NCBI RefSeq assembly: GCF_006345805.1
Contig: NC_043003.1
Span: 89,528,001 to 89,592,000, forward strand
DNA: 64,000 nucleotides
Direction: 5' to 3'
From: Octopus sinensis
Taxonomy: Eukaryota
Both the position numbers and the translations under genes were made by a program. The notes below the pieces were generated by a model that saw only the letters and a list, made by a program, of their open reading frames with translations, did no database searches and was not told the DNA's origin. This document shows, in pieces, positions 37,770 through 50,519 of this stretch. How positions within the stretch are numbered: position 1 is the stretch's first letter; each line of letters opens with the position of its first letter.

Positions 37770-39510
37770 GCATGAGTGGGACCCTCATGAATTTAGATCA
37801 ATCGAAAGCTTTCGATAGGGTCGACCACTAGTACTTGGTGGCTGTCCTCATGGCAGCCAGTTTTCAGAGGCAGGGTCACTGCAATGTACAGTGACATCTG
37901 TTCAGTGGTCAAAGTCAGTGGCCACCTGTCAGAATCGTTTAGCCTCGAATGTTCGGCCCGTTGAGGGTGCCCACTCTCACTCCTACTGTATATGCTGGCT
38001 GTTTAGCCACTGATACGGAAGCTGGATGTTTCAAGGGACGTCCTGCTTGAACTAGGATGCAGAAGATTCATGTCAGCTTATGCCAGTCACCTCATTTTCC
38101 AAGATGTTCGACATTATCACGGCAATGTGATAGTTTCGGACATCTTGGAAATCGAGTTGATTGACACTCTCCTAAGGGAGTATGAATCGGTGATAGGCAC
38201 AAAGATTAATCAGAAGTCGGTGGGCCTGCAGCTAGGCATCTGGAGAGGTAGGTCCATGCCACTCGATAGTATCTCAGGGCGCTGGACAGAACAACTGCTT
38301 AAGTTGCTCAGGATCTGGTTTCATCTGGCCCTCCAGGTGGACAAGACCTAGGGGAGGGGTGGTGACGAGCAGAGTCCCACCCAGAAATAGAGCAAGAGGA
38401 AGCTGTACCTGAAAGGTTGGGCGGAGGTGGTGAATGCGTACACCGCATCCGTCATCCACTATTGTCTGACTATCATCCCTTGCCCTGCTTCGTTGCTGAT
38501 CAAGCTGGAGTGCGTACACTTTTGCTTTCTGTGGAAGGGACAGATTCTGCTTGTCAGACGGTTCATTTACTCTCAGTAGCTGCTGTGAGTAGAGCTAATG
38601 ATGTGAGGCTGTAACATCTCCTTGACAGTGAGCAGTTGTATTTGCTGTTTGTCAGACGAGAGTTTACGCAGCTCCTTACATTGACGGGGCTGCAAGTCTT
38701 GGATCAGCCGTAGATCGAAGGGAGACGCTTGCCACCTGGAGTCTCGGCAAACGCTCACAACCCTCTGTCAGTTGGGTAATGAGGTCGGTGGAAGTTTCAC
38801 CTTGGAGTTCTATCAAGAATTAGTGGTGGGTAAGAGCGATGATGTCTTCGGGGAATCTCTGGCCATTGGGACTGATCAATTGGCTGGGTTTTTTTTTGAG
38901 GACTTTCAGACCAAGGTCTATGGATAATTTCCGGAAATCCCTGGCTTGAGTTTGCTACTGGAGTGCTCTGCCAGTTCGAGACAAGTTGTACAAGCACAGA
39001 ATACTGCCAAAAGGACTTGTCTGAGATACGCACAGAGCAATGAAACCATTCTGCATACACTCGCTAAATGTCCGGGCATTGCTGTTGTGTGTAGGACGGA
39101 TTCTACTTACGACCGAGTTCACCATGAAGATCGTGCCACTGCCTTCTTTTGGCCGAGAAGGGCAGGCAGTCTGATGGCTGTGGTGAAAGAGGTAGTGTGG
39201 TGGACGAAGTTGAAAGGACTGAAGACAAACACTTTCCTCTTCGGCTAAGGCCTCACTGACTTTTTCAAGTTCCACCTGAAAAGGAAAATGAAAGTGGGGA
39301 GGGAATTGCTGACCCCAGTATTTTTGTTGAAAGGTAGTTGAATGTGGTGAGGATGGTTCATGTAAATGAGCTTACTCTGAGCATGCACCTGTAGGCCGGA
39401 GGAAATGGAGAGGAGAAGGGTGCTCGTCCCAGGTACCCTTGGCATGCGGGGGTGTCCAGGTTGAGTTGGGTTCTTGGTTTCTCATGGGTAGAGCTTCGCC
39501 GCTTCTGGAG
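37770..39510 (+). pseudogene. Decayed Tx1/L1-clade LINE (RT to 3' end)
   Basis: NLDQSKAFDRVDH, GCPLSLLLY, SAYA, ETILHTLAKCP, AVVKEVVWW motifs with many stops and frameshifts. Confidence 0.85.
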
Positions 39511-39519
39511 GAATTTTAC

Positions 39520-39950
39520 TGCGTCGGATAAAATGCTTAGCAGTCTTTCTTCCATCTTTATGTTCTGAGTTCAAATTCCGCCAAGGTTGACTTTTCCATT
39601 CATCTTTACGGAGTCAATAAAATAAGTAGCTGTTGAGTACTGGGGTTGATGTAATCAGCCAGCCCCTCCCCCAGATTTTCAGGCCTTGTGCCTATAGTAA
39701 AAAGGGTTATTATTACTATTAAGGCGGCGAGCTGGCAGAAACGTTAGCGCGCCGGGCGAAATGCGTAGTATTTCGTCTGCCGTTACGTTCTGAGTTCAAA
39801 TTCTGCCGAGGTCGACTTTGCTTTTAATTTTTTTCGGGGTCGATAAAATAAGATACCGTGAAGGAAGTACTGGGTCGATGTAATCATCTAAACCCCTCCT
39901 CCCTAAAATTGCTAACCTTGTTCCAAAACTTGAAACAATTTATTATCGGG
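39520..39950 (+). mobile_element. Two tandem SINE-B copies (second, at 39721, CpG-rich)
   Basis: aaggcggcgagctggcagaaacgttagcgcgccgggcgaaatgcg ... gagttcaaattc. Confidence 0.85.
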
Positions 39951-40487
39951 GGTGGGAGTAGTAGAGTATTCTAGGCGTTTGTATGGGGTTTCTTCCAAAT
40001 CCTACTCTCCATGGGGGAGTTTTGCTTCAAATTTTCAGTGTTATATCTTTTAAAAAGTTTTGTTGACCTTTTTACTCGATATAAAAACGTTGCCATGTCG
40101 TTCTTGTATTGTACCAAACTCATGGGCCCTTGGGGCCTATGAAAAATATTACAATTCGTTTTTTTCTAAAGCTTGGTAGTTTCATGTATACGACAAAAGA
40201 GAAGTCAGATAGTGTGATGTTCATGCCTTTCCTAAGGGTGTTATCAGGTGTAAATGAAATGGAACGGTTCAAATTGAAAACTAGGACTGTCTCACAGACT
40301 GTGTTACTACGGACAGGCTTGTATTTACTCATTGATACTCATTAAAAAATATGGTTAATTGGTGGATTCTACTTGTTTATTATTATTTGCTTATTTGAGT
40401 TGATACATCTGATAAATGATGAAAAAATTCACATTAGATTTCAAAATTCTTTTGCTGTTCGTGACCTTTACAATATAACAGAATTCC

Positions 40488-40526
<39 letters not shown>

Positions 40527-40739
40527 AGGGAGGGGTGATAGAGAGGGGGTAGAGAGAGAAGGGAGAGAGTGAAATAGAGAGGGGGGTAGGCAGAGAGGGG
40601 ATAAGGAGAAAGTGCGGGTGGGAGAAATAGAGAAAGAGTGAACGGGATGGGGAAAGAGGACTAGGAACAGAGAAATAAAGTGAGAGGGAGTGAAGAGAAT
40701 GGGAATATCGTATCATATTTATTGTGAAAAATTTCTTGT

Positions 40740-40780
40740 TAAACTGTCCTTCACACACACACACACACGCACAAACACAC

Positions 40781-40817
<37 letters not shown>

Positions 40818-40970
40818 AACACACACACACGCGCACACACACACACGCACAAATACACACACACGCGCTCGCGCGCGCACACACACACACCACACACACA
40901 CACACACACACACGCACAAACACACACACACGCGCACACACACACACGCACAAATACACACACACGCGCT

Positions 40971-41016
<46 letters not shown>

Positions 41017-41020
41017 CGCT
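40740..41020. repeat. Compound (CA)n/(CG)n microsatellite with a duplicated higher-order unit
   Basis: The block ...gcacaaatacacacacacgcgctcgcgcgcgcacacac occurs twice (~40810-40890 and ~40910-40990). Confidence 0.8.
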
Positions 41021-42009
41021 CGTTAGCGTCCCTTTAGTTTTATCATTCATTCATTCTTTGTTTCTCACATTTCACCCAACATTTTCCAATTCTTCACTAA
41101 TGCGAATCATTAAAACAAAGACAAACGTTATTTACAGTTTTTAAAAAAATTAGTTGTTGCTCAATGCGGAGGAATGGATTGTGTGCACGAGTTTCGTTGG
41201 CCGTTCTCGTCCGAGGATATCAAGTAACACATACTCAATACAGATATAACCAGCAGCAGCAGCAACGACGATGAAGACGGCGGTAGCAGCGGCGATGGCG
41301 ATGGACGACGGCGACGACGACGAGCACGGCTGTGGGGATGGCGATGTTGCCTGAAATTAAGACAGATCAAAGAAAATCAGCAACAACTTGGCAGAATCGT
41401 TAGCGTGTGGAACAAAATTCCATGCACAAGCTGTCAAATATTGGGGTGGAACTAAAAGCTATACTCCTCCACAAAGATTTCGGCTTGTGTCTATTGTTGG
41501 AAACATTATTATCAATCAAAATTGTTCAAATATTTACTCGATTTGGACTGACATGGAGTTAAGTAACAACAATAACAACAATTTTTATAATAAACTTCAA
41601 ATTTCTTAGCACGTTAACCGAAGACCCTCCACGCGCTAGCCTGAGCTTCCTCAAACTGCACTCCTGTCTCAAAAGAATAAGGATTAAAAACACAAGAAAA
41701 TGTAGTTATAGACAGGTTGGTCACTGCTGGGACATCTTTCATTATAATTCTACTGATTCCATTCGGGCAGATTCGAAGGATATATGAGAGTTATTTCTAG
41801 GAGAATAAGCGTGTATGCGGAATCTTTCATATTGGAGCATGTAGATGTTTAAATAAATATATGAGTTCTTTTCCAGTTTAACACCTGACATACATTTCAG
41901 TGCCTTCTTGGACTTACACTCATATTTCTTATAACAAACTTACCTCAGACCCCACCTTGCTTATACGATTCAAAATCATCCCCTTTTAACCTACTCTCAG
42001 AAAGTTCTA

Positions 42010-42760
42010 AAATCAAATTCCGCCGAGGTCAACTTTGCTCGTCATTCTTTCGGGGTTGATAAAATAAAATGCCCATCAAGTATTGGTATCGATGTAATCA
42101 AGTAACCCTCTCCGCTGAAATTGCTGGCCTTGTGCCAAAATTTGAAATGATTGTTATTATTAAGCTGGCAGAAACGTTAGCACGCCGGCCGAAATGCGTA
42201 GCAGTATTTCGTCTGCCGTTACCTTCTAAGTTCAAATTCTGCCGAGGTCGACTTTGCCTTTCATCTTTTCGGTGTTGATTAAATAAGTACCAGTTACGCA
42301 CTGGGGTCGATATAATCGACTTAATCCGTTTGTCTGACCTTGTTTGTCCACTCTGTGTGTAGCCCCTTGTGGGTAGTAAAGAAATAGGTATTTCGTCTGT
42401 CTTTATGTTCTGAGTTCAAATTCTGTCAAGGTCAACTTTGCCTTTCATCCTTTCGAGGTCGATTAAATAAATACCAGTTGCGTACTGGGTCGATCTAATC
42501 AACTGCCCACCCCTCCCACAAAATTTCGGACCTTGTGCCTAGAGTAGAAAAGAATCGTTAGCAGGTCGGGCAAAATACTTAGCGGCATTTCATACGTCTG
42601 TATATATTCTGAATTCGAATTCCGCCGAGGTTGACTTTGCCTTTCATTTTTTCGGGGTCGAATAAATAAGTACCAATAAAACACTAAGATCAATGTAACC
42701 GACTTCTCTCCTCCCCCGAAATTCCTTGTGTCTATAGTAGAAATTATTATTATTATTATT
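42010..42760 (+). repeat. Cluster of ~4 partial SINE-B copies
   Basis: Repeated ttccgccgaggtc(g/a)actttgcctttcat...gtcgat units, same orientation. Confidence 0.8.
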
Positions 42761-43229
42761 ATTATTAGCGTGTGGCATTGTTTAATGAAACGCGTAAATT
42801 CACTTAACTGTGAACATTTTCCTGAGAAATATTTGGAGTTCTTAGTCAAGAATTAGCGACAGCACATCTAATTCAAAAGCTTCCAATTTATTTCACTGTA
42901 ATTTGAATAGAAACGCAAGAACAATTTACTGGTAGAAGACAGTTCTGAGCGTCTGAAAAGGTCGAATTCCTTAGAATTTCCTGTTATTTGTCCACCAAAG
43001 TTACCTTGTCGCTCGGAATGCTAGAAATAACAGTGGCAAACTCTAATATCTTCAGACTGTAGAAAAAGGTTGGGACATAGTTTATCTCCAAATTTCATTA
43101 TCTGTGTCTGAAAAGACAGAATGGCCACAACTGGTCTTATTGGTCAGTTTAATCAGAAATAACCTGGTACGAACACCATCTTTTCTTTATCTTGTCACTT
43201 ACCTCCGTGTGCTGTATCTTTGGCTGTAA

Positions 43230-44160
43230 CTAATGGCACTGGCAACGATTCGTTGGTGCCGTTATAGTTCTGGTTTTCTCTTCACCCCTACTCTCTTTCC
43301 CTCTTCTCTCCTACTCTCTTACTCTCTTCTCCCTCCCTCTCTCCCCCTCCCTCCTACTTCTCTTCACCCCTACTCTCTTTCCCTCTTCTCTCTTACTCTC
43401 TTTCTTCTCACCTACTCTCATTCTCTCTTCTCTCTTATTCTTTCACCCTCTCTTCCTCTCTCTCTCATTCTCACTTACTCTTTCACCCTCTCTTTCTATC
43501 TTCTCTCCTCACATACCGACCTTCCCCTCTCCCATAAGCCCACCCACCCCGACACATTCCTACTCCACCTTCCCTATTCTTCCCATGCCCCCATCTTATC
43601 TCACACACCCTCTCCCACATACCCCCACCCTCTACCTACCCACAAACCCCAACTCTGCCCCAACCCTCAGCTGAACCCACACCCCACCCGTGCTTTCCCC
43701 GCTCTCACATCTCCCACCTCCCAACAGCATCACACCACTCCACACTACACTATACAACATTACAAATCACATCATAACACCCACATACACACCTATCCCA
43801 ACATTTTTACACCTACATATACATACACGCACACGTCCAGACCACCAGCCCTCTTTCACACACACACACATACTCTCTTATACACACACGCACCTTCGTG
43901 TTGGGGGTATCTTTACTTTGTTATCTCCCCTACTTTCCCTCCCGTGTGTGACCCTTCTGTCCGAGTCAGTCGCCATGATAGATCATTAGCCACTACACAC
44001 ATTTTTTTCTCTCCTTGTTTTTTTCTGTGTCCCTTTCTGTAGAAGAGAGTAGGCTCGAAACGTAAAAGACTTTTTCTATTCCTGAGCGTTATACTAATAC
44101 ATCTGTTTGTGTTGTACACCACCTGTCTTCGTCTTTTGTTTTTTTTCGTAAACTCTCCCT
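43230..44160 (+). mobile_element. PLE-derived 3' fragment related to 32490-33480
   Basis: C/T-rich UTR, gtgtgaccct...cgccatgatagatc, and terminal gaagagagtaggctcgaaacgtaaaag; ends at (TA)n. Confidence 0.7.
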
Positions 44161-44245
44161 ATATATATATATATAACTGTTTTTTTAGAAAAACATAAAT
44201 CCGGAGAAGAGGCACACTCTTAGAAGCAGAGCAGTCTATATTAAA

Positions 44246-44612
44246 TACTGGTGAAGACCGGTTTATAGGGTTACTCTGGAGGGAGAAAAGATAGATATAA
44301 ACAATAGGCATTTTCTCTCTTTGGTGCTGGTCATCGGTTTCCGGCTGTGTCGTCCTCCTTCAGTCACGCCACCTGTCAGTTATGAGGGTGAAAGGTAGGG
44401 TGTTATCTCCTACTCTCACCAGCAATCTGCCGATGACCAGCACCAAAGGGAGATAATTCCCATTCTTTATATCTATCGTTTCTACCTCCATATTTTAAAG
44501 AGGCCATAGGCCATCAGATTTTAGGGTCTGAAGATACGCGAGAAAACCAGGGTAACCCTATAAGATGGCGAGAAAACCAGGGTAACCCTATAAACCGGCC
44601 TTCACCAGTAAT
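44246..44612. mobile_element. Degenerate inverted pLTR pair with a hammerhead-like motif at 44524-44558
   Basis: 44246-44279 is the reverse complement of ~44577-44612, and 44290-44345 of ~44427-44485. Motif GGGT-CTGAAGA-TACGCGA-GAAAA-CCAGG-GTA-ACCC. A 26-bp tandem duplication at 44538/44568. Related copy at 57030-57125. Confidence 0.6.
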
Positions 44613-44717
44613 TTATATATGTCGGTGTATTTGTATGTATGTATGTATGTATGTATGTATGTATGTATGTATGTATGTATGTATGTATGTATGTGTGTGT
44701 GTGTATGTGTGTGTGTA

Positions 44718-44748
<31 letters not shown>

Positions 44749-45086
44749 ATGTATGTATGTATTATGTGGCAAGGTTTCAATAAGTAGAAAAGCATTCGAT
44801 CAGCCAAGGGAGTAAAGATAATATTATAATAAAAACCACAAATACGGTTACCCAGGTCGTATTTACATGCTAATTACCAAAATCACATTATATATAACAA
44901 ACAGCTACCGTATAGCTAAGCTGGGATTCGAAACCAAATCCACATTTTTATGCATTGTCAAACAAATCCTTGATCTCCTTGTCAACGCTAAATAATGCGT
45001 GGGAAGGTAAACCTCTTATTCTGTCTAGCTGCATACCTTCCTTTTACTACGTCGTTCTCCCTAGCAGCCACAGAAAAACTAAAATA

Positions 45087-46145
45087 TCAGGCTGAGTAAA
45101 ATGTAAGCAACGTTTTGAAACCTGAAATTCATCACAATATATTTCAACAATGCGGTGATTTTATTCATCAAAGTAAGTACCATTACAATCAACACATTTT
45201 TGCCAACAAGTTACAAGTTTGTTTATTCCGGTAATATAAACTTCTCTCGCAGGAAACGATCAAGGTACTTGAAAAAGTGGTAGTCGGTAGGAGAAAGGTC
45301 TGGGGAATAAGCTGGGTGAAGAAGGACTTCGTAGCCAACTTCCCTCAACTTCTGGAACGTCATTAGTGAAACGTGTGGTCGAGCATTGTCATGAAGAATG
45401 ATTGACCCTCTCATGTTGACTAATCTTGGACGGAGGAGAAGCAGTTTTCCGTTCATTTTGGCAATCTCATGGCAATATGTTTCTGCAGTAATGGTTTTTC
45501 CGGGTTTTAAGAAGTTATAGTGGATGAGTTCAGCAGTACATCACCAAACAATCACCATAACCTTCTTTTTGAAGAGCTCGGGTCTAGGGAAGGTGTTCGG
45601 TGCTTCATTTTGGTCTATCAACTACCAAGAATGTTTTTTTTTTATTATTGTACAGAATCCACTTTTCATTGCAAGTTATAATGCGGTCGAGAAATGGATC
45701 GGTCTGATTACGGAGAAGAAGCGACGAGCAAATTTCTTATTTGCGCATTTTTTGATTTTCATTCAAATCGTGTGGTACACATTTATCAAGCTTTTTTGAT
45801 TTTACGATCGCATGCAAATGGTTGCAGGCAGATTCTGGCCAACTTGAAGTTCTTTTGCCAGTCCTCGGGTGGTTTTACGCGGTTCTTTCTCGATGACGTC
45901 TTTAATTGACCGTTATCGATGACAGATGGGCATCCACTACGCTCACTATCTCCAAGGCTGAAGTCTCTACTGCGAAATCGTTTGAACCATTTTCAAGCTG
46001 ACCACTCATTGGTCATTTCTTCACCAAACGTTTCGTTGATATCACGAGCAGTTTCAGCTGCTTTACGTTCTTTTTTGAAGTTGAAAAGCAAAATTCCTCG
46101 AATATCGTGCTTTGACAGTTCCATTTCAGATGATTGTAACAACGA
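45087..46145 (-). mobile_element. Mariner transposon relic lacking its 5' TIR
   Basis: MELSKHDIRGILLFNFKK...AETARDINETFG, ILHDNARPH, HPAYSPDLSPTDYHFF; candidate TA|TCAGGCTGAG end at 45087. Confidence 0.9.
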
Positions 46146-46178
46146 TTTCTTTATTGCCCACAGGGAGTGGGGGGAAAA

Positions 46179-46651
46179 TGTAGAGGAACGGTACAAATGA
46201 GGGAAGGGTCGATATGGTTTTTACACAAACAATGAAGTGGGGGACGGGCTTTGCTTCGATCCCACAAGCCCATGCCACCACTGTAACCTTTAGTATAACC
46301 TTATGGATACACTATGTGGGTTCAGTCATTCGCAACAAATTCGCTACAGCCTTCTTTTTCCATATACATCAGGTGACAGGCATTTTCTCTCCATCTATAG
46401 GGCAGGATTCGTGACAGACGAACTATAGATAGAAACTTCGCTGCGGGTTAGCTAGGAAGTTGGTCAGCAGCAAAATCAAAGAAACTTCCGATAGGAGAAG
46501 GAAAACAAAAAAGAATGTGAAGTGAGTGTGAAACGAATCTGAGAGAACTAAACAGAAATAACTGACGGCTTAAGCCCTAATGTATGTAAAGTAATAAACC
46601 TTTGATAAATGTATTCTCGTCTCCACTAGTTTGTTTGCGTATAGCTTAACA
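46179..46651 (+). mobile_element. LTR of a Gypsy element
   Basis: TGTA...TAACA, AATAAA at 46593. Preceded by the polypurine tract AGGGAGTGGGGGGAAAA (46162-46178) and followed by a PBS. The 3' boundary is approximate. Confidence 0.7.
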
Positions 46652-46661
46652 AAGCTTTAAC

Positions 46662-46676
46662 TGGTGACCCCAACGA
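46662..46676 (+). promoter_or_regulatory. Primer-binding site (tRNA-Trp type)
   Basis: TGGTGACCCCAACGA, complementary to the tRNA-Trp 3' end (...GGGGTCACCA), as in CsRn1-clade elements. Confidence 0.75.
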
Positions 46677-46707
46677 TAGAACAACAGCTCTCGCTATCGG
46701 AGCAAAC

Positions 46708-48804
46708 ATGGCTAGCAACAAAACAACACTGAGGCTACCACAGTTCTGGCCTAAGAGGGCTGAACTGTGGTTCGTGCAGGCAGAAGCTCAATTCGATATA
46801 AACAAGGTAACGGCCGGCCAAACGAAGTACTCGCACGTTGTGGCGGCATTAGACGCAGATGCGGCAACAAGGATGATGGATATTTTAACCCATCCCCCAC
46901 CAACGAAAAAATACGCCATATTGAAAGATAGGCTAGTGGATACATTCCGATGCAGTGAAAGAGAAGCGGCAGCCAAGATACTGGAGGAGGAATTAGGCGA
47001 TTCCAAGCCTTCGGAACTGATGGACAGGATGTTGGCATTAGTCACCTCCGGTGAGTCACCTTCCTTTTTGTTTAAAGAAATATTCCTCCGCAAGCTGCTA
47101 CCCAGGTCCAGGCCCTCATAACTCAGACCGAAATCAAGGACCTGCAGCAATTAGAAAAGGCAGCTGATAAGCATTTTTTATCCAGTGGTGTCATGGTCAA
47201 CGTCATAGGGTCGGCCCCGAGACGGGGTAAGGTTAAGCATGATGACCTGTGCTTCTACCACGCAAAGTTCAGAAAAAAGGCGACAAAGTGCAAACAACCA
47301 TGTAGCTTCGGGACCCCTTCACTAGTGACCCAGGAAAACTCAAGGGCCGGCCGCCATTGAACGCTCTGGTGGCCGGCAGACATGACCAAATGCTCCTCTA
47401 TATTCGCGATCGCAGCTCCGGACGCAGGTTCCTAATCGACACAGGAGCAGAAGTCAGCGTGATCCCGGTGTCGGCAGGGGACCTCTGTCACAGAAAGCGG
47501 AGTGAACTTTTAACAGCCGCCAACGGGTTCACAATCGAGGCATAGGTCGTCGCACCCTTTCTCTCAACATCGGCTCACAAAAATACACACGGGCATTCAC
47601 GATCGCCGATGTCCATCAGTTCATAATCGGTGTACACTTTCTTCGAGTACACTTGCTACTGGTGGATTTACGGAGAAGACGACTCCCCGACAACAACACA
47701 TATGCTTCCATGCCTCTTGCAATATCAGAACATGCCGCCCTCCGCATAGCAACCATCTCGCAGACCAAGAACGAATTCTCGGATCTTCTTGTAAGTCGCC
47801 CCAATCTCACCATTCCGACATTCTCCAAACCTACAGCCCATCACGGGGTGACACACCACACTCCACCACCATCCCCCAGTGCACAGCAACGCATGTCGTC
47901 TATCACCAGAAAAACTTGCAATCGCAAAGGCCGAGTTTGACAATATGGAGGCATTTCGCATAGTTCGCTGATCACCCCTGTATGTGGCCCTCAAATCCAA
48001 CGGAGGTTATCGATCCTGCGGAGATTATCGCCGTCTCAACGCGGATACGACACCTGATCGCTACCCCGTTTTACACATGCAAGATTTTTCAACTCAGCCA
48101 GTCGGTGCTGATGGACACTGTGTGCAGAGGTCTCGATTTTGTCTTTGCATACTTAGATGATATCCTTATTGCAAGCCCAAACGCAGAGCTACGTAAGAAG
48201 CACCTAGTGACTCTTTTTGATAGGCTGGAACAGAATGGTTTAGTAATCAACCCCTCCAAGTGCGTTTTTAGTGCGACAGAAATCGACTTCTTGGGACATT
48301 GAATCATAAGTGCCGGCGCTACACCCCTGCCAGAAAAAGTAAAAGCTATCTTATCCTTTCCACGCCCCACCACAAGCAAGGCTCTACATCAATTCGTGGG
48401 CATGGTAAACTTTTACCATCGCTTCATCCCTTCTGCAGCAAAAGTTATGAGACCCCAATACACGGCACTGTCAAAAGAGGGTTCAAAAAGACAAGTGGAG
48501 TGGGATAGTACAATGACTTCAGCCTTCGAATCCACAAAACAAGCCCTGGCCCAAGCAACCATGCTGTCCCATCTTCATATGTCAGTTTGGACTGCACTCA
48601 CAGTTGACGTATCCGACGCAGCCATTGGGGGAGTTTTGAAACAATACATCAACAGTCAGTGGCGACCGCTCGCCTTCTTCAGCCGACAACTACGACCCCC
48701 TGAACAGAAATACAGTGCTTTTGACAGGGAGCTACTGGGTGTCCATCTAGGTGTTCGCCACTTTCGCTATTTCCTTGAAGGCCACAGTATTCACAGATCA
48801 CAAA

Positions 48805-48805
<1 letters not shown>
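46708..48805 (+). pseudogene. CsRn1-clade Gypsy gag-pol (gag, protease, RT, RNase H), decayed and truncated before integrase
   Basis: gag LPQFWP...WFVQAEAQF; CHCC knuckle CFYHAKFRKKATKCKQPC; FLIDTGAEVS; CGDYRRLN; FAYLDDILIAS; RPLAFFSRQL...YSAFDRELL. Ends at (TA)n. Confidence 0.93.
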
Positions 48806-48879
<74 letters not shown>

Positions 48880-49284
48880 CGAAGAGTAAATTGTCGCCAT
48901 TTTATACTTTTAATTTCGCGCATGAACATTGTTTTTGATTTTGTCGACTACACAGTATAGTAAAGTCAGTTGGGCACCGTGAGAAAAACAGCACTATGAC
49001 GCAATTCACTCTGCCAGAAATTTGGAAACAACATGCTGTACTGCTTGGCATTCGCGCTTGGAAGCTTCGATACGAACATTTCAGAGTGTTTGGGTGCCAG
49101 TCTGAGGACATGTATTGAGAGTGATAACATCATAGTGTTTGGAATGATCACTAATGATGGCGACGTTATGCCTCCATTCATCTTTCCTCACAACCTCAGA
49201 CTCAACACAGAGGCCTACATCAGGTGCCTGGAGGAGATCTAAATTATTGCGTAATTTAAACGATAGTTTATTCGCTGGACCCTG
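48880..49284 (+). mobile_element. Internally deleted Tc1/mariner-superfamily (maT-like) element
   Basis: IVFGMITNDGDVMPPFIFPHNLRLNTEAYIRCLEE; terminal TTATTCGCTGGACCCTG|TA. Confidence 0.7.
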
Positions 49285-49479
49285 TATATATACATATATA
49301 TGTATATATATATGTATATATATGAGAATTACAAATGTCACTAAATGTGACTAGGGTGTTTGGAAACACTTACGTTACTAGAAATAAGAGCTAAACCGTT
49401 TTAATGTTGTAGTTAACGCACATGAATGAAAATATATATACTAACAGGGACCATCGTTCGAAAAGTGCTGATCGAGAAT

Positions 49480-49532
49480 TCTTAATACTGACGCGTCAGT
49501 TTCGGCAATTTCCATTGCATCATCAGTTAAGA
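49480..49532 (-). ncRNA. Compact type I hammerhead ribozyme
   Basis: TCTTAA-CTGATGA-T-GCAAT-GGAA-ATTGC-C-GAAAC-TGACGCGTCA-GTA^TTAAGA. 6-bp stem I, GNRA-capped stem II, 14-nt palindromic stem III. Confidence 0.85.
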
Positions 49533-49649
49533 CTGCTCGATTGTTCGGCTCTTTCCGGACTCGCTTCACCATTAGTATTTATGTTTCGTTATCCGATTAT
49601 TGGATGATTTAGTGATTCGCTAGTATATATATGTGTGTGTGTGTGTGTG

Positions 49650-50380
49650 TGTAACGGTTTAATTTGATTTGGTACACAATATTATGATTGCATTGTGTCT
49701 GCAGTTGTGACGATAATAAGTTGTTGTTATTATAATCGCATACTATAGGATGTGGAAGATAGACAATGCATGCGAAGTAAAATTTGTGTTTTTATCCTCT
49801 TCATTGTTTAGTAGTAAATACAGAGAGAGATAGAATGATGTTGTAAGAGAACAGAATTTGAACTAGAGAGAATTGTAGGGTGTTACTGACAGTAAACTTA
49901 ATTCCTCCCTCTAACCAAGGTTCTAGCTGGTCAGCCAGACTTCGTCATCACCGAAGTGTCTACTTGGTTAAGTCGTCACCGACTGGTGACAGACTTGGTT
50001 GAGTCGTCACCGACTGGTGACAGACTTGGTTGAGTCGTCACCGACTGGTGACTGATTTGGTTGAGTCGTCACTGACTGGTGACTAACTGATTTTTACTTG
50101 GGGTGTGCTTGCTTATATAAAGATCAAGAAGGATAGATATATCATTGAGAACAATAGATTTAGTTGGTGGTCTTGTTATCTCTATTCTAGCTTTTGGTGA
50201 AGTAGAAGTTAGAAAAGGTCAAGTAGTGAAGACATTATTTCGGCCTAGCTAAAGGCATCTGAAAAATGTGAAGCTGCTGTCAGAGAAAAACCATTGTTCC
50301 ACCATGGGAACAGTTCTGTTGCAAATTTAAATTTGGCTATGGTGGATTGAATCTACTTCATGCTTGCAAAATCCACTACA
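49650..50380 (+). mobile_element. Probable solo LTR
   Basis: TGTA...TACA termini between (TG)n and (TACA)n; TATATAAA at ~50114; internal minisatellite. TSD obscured and orientation tentative. Confidence 0.5.
49962..50085. repeat. 31-bp tandem minisatellite x4 with an internal hairpin
   Basis: Unit ACTTGGTTGAGTCGTCACCGACTGGTGACAG; contains GTCACC-GACT-GGTGAC. Confidence 0.93.
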
Positions 50381-50404
50381 TACATACATACATACATACA
50401 TACA

Positions 50405-50437
<33 letters not shown>

Positions 50438-50438
50438 G

Positions 50439-50509
<71 letters not shown>

Positions 50510-50519
50510 TAGAAAAAAA

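Noticed and set aside
33355-44070. GAAGAG(C/A)GTAGGCT(C/G)GAAACGTA motif at 33358 and 44036
   Set aside because: Stem II and GAAAC are present, but the core start differs in both copies and stem I does not pair; kept only as part of the PLE termini.
49962-50085. Palindromic 31-bp repeats resembling a CRISPR array
   Set aside because: Units are directly adjacent with no unique spacers, there are no cas genes, and the context is eukaryotic; it is a minisatellite.
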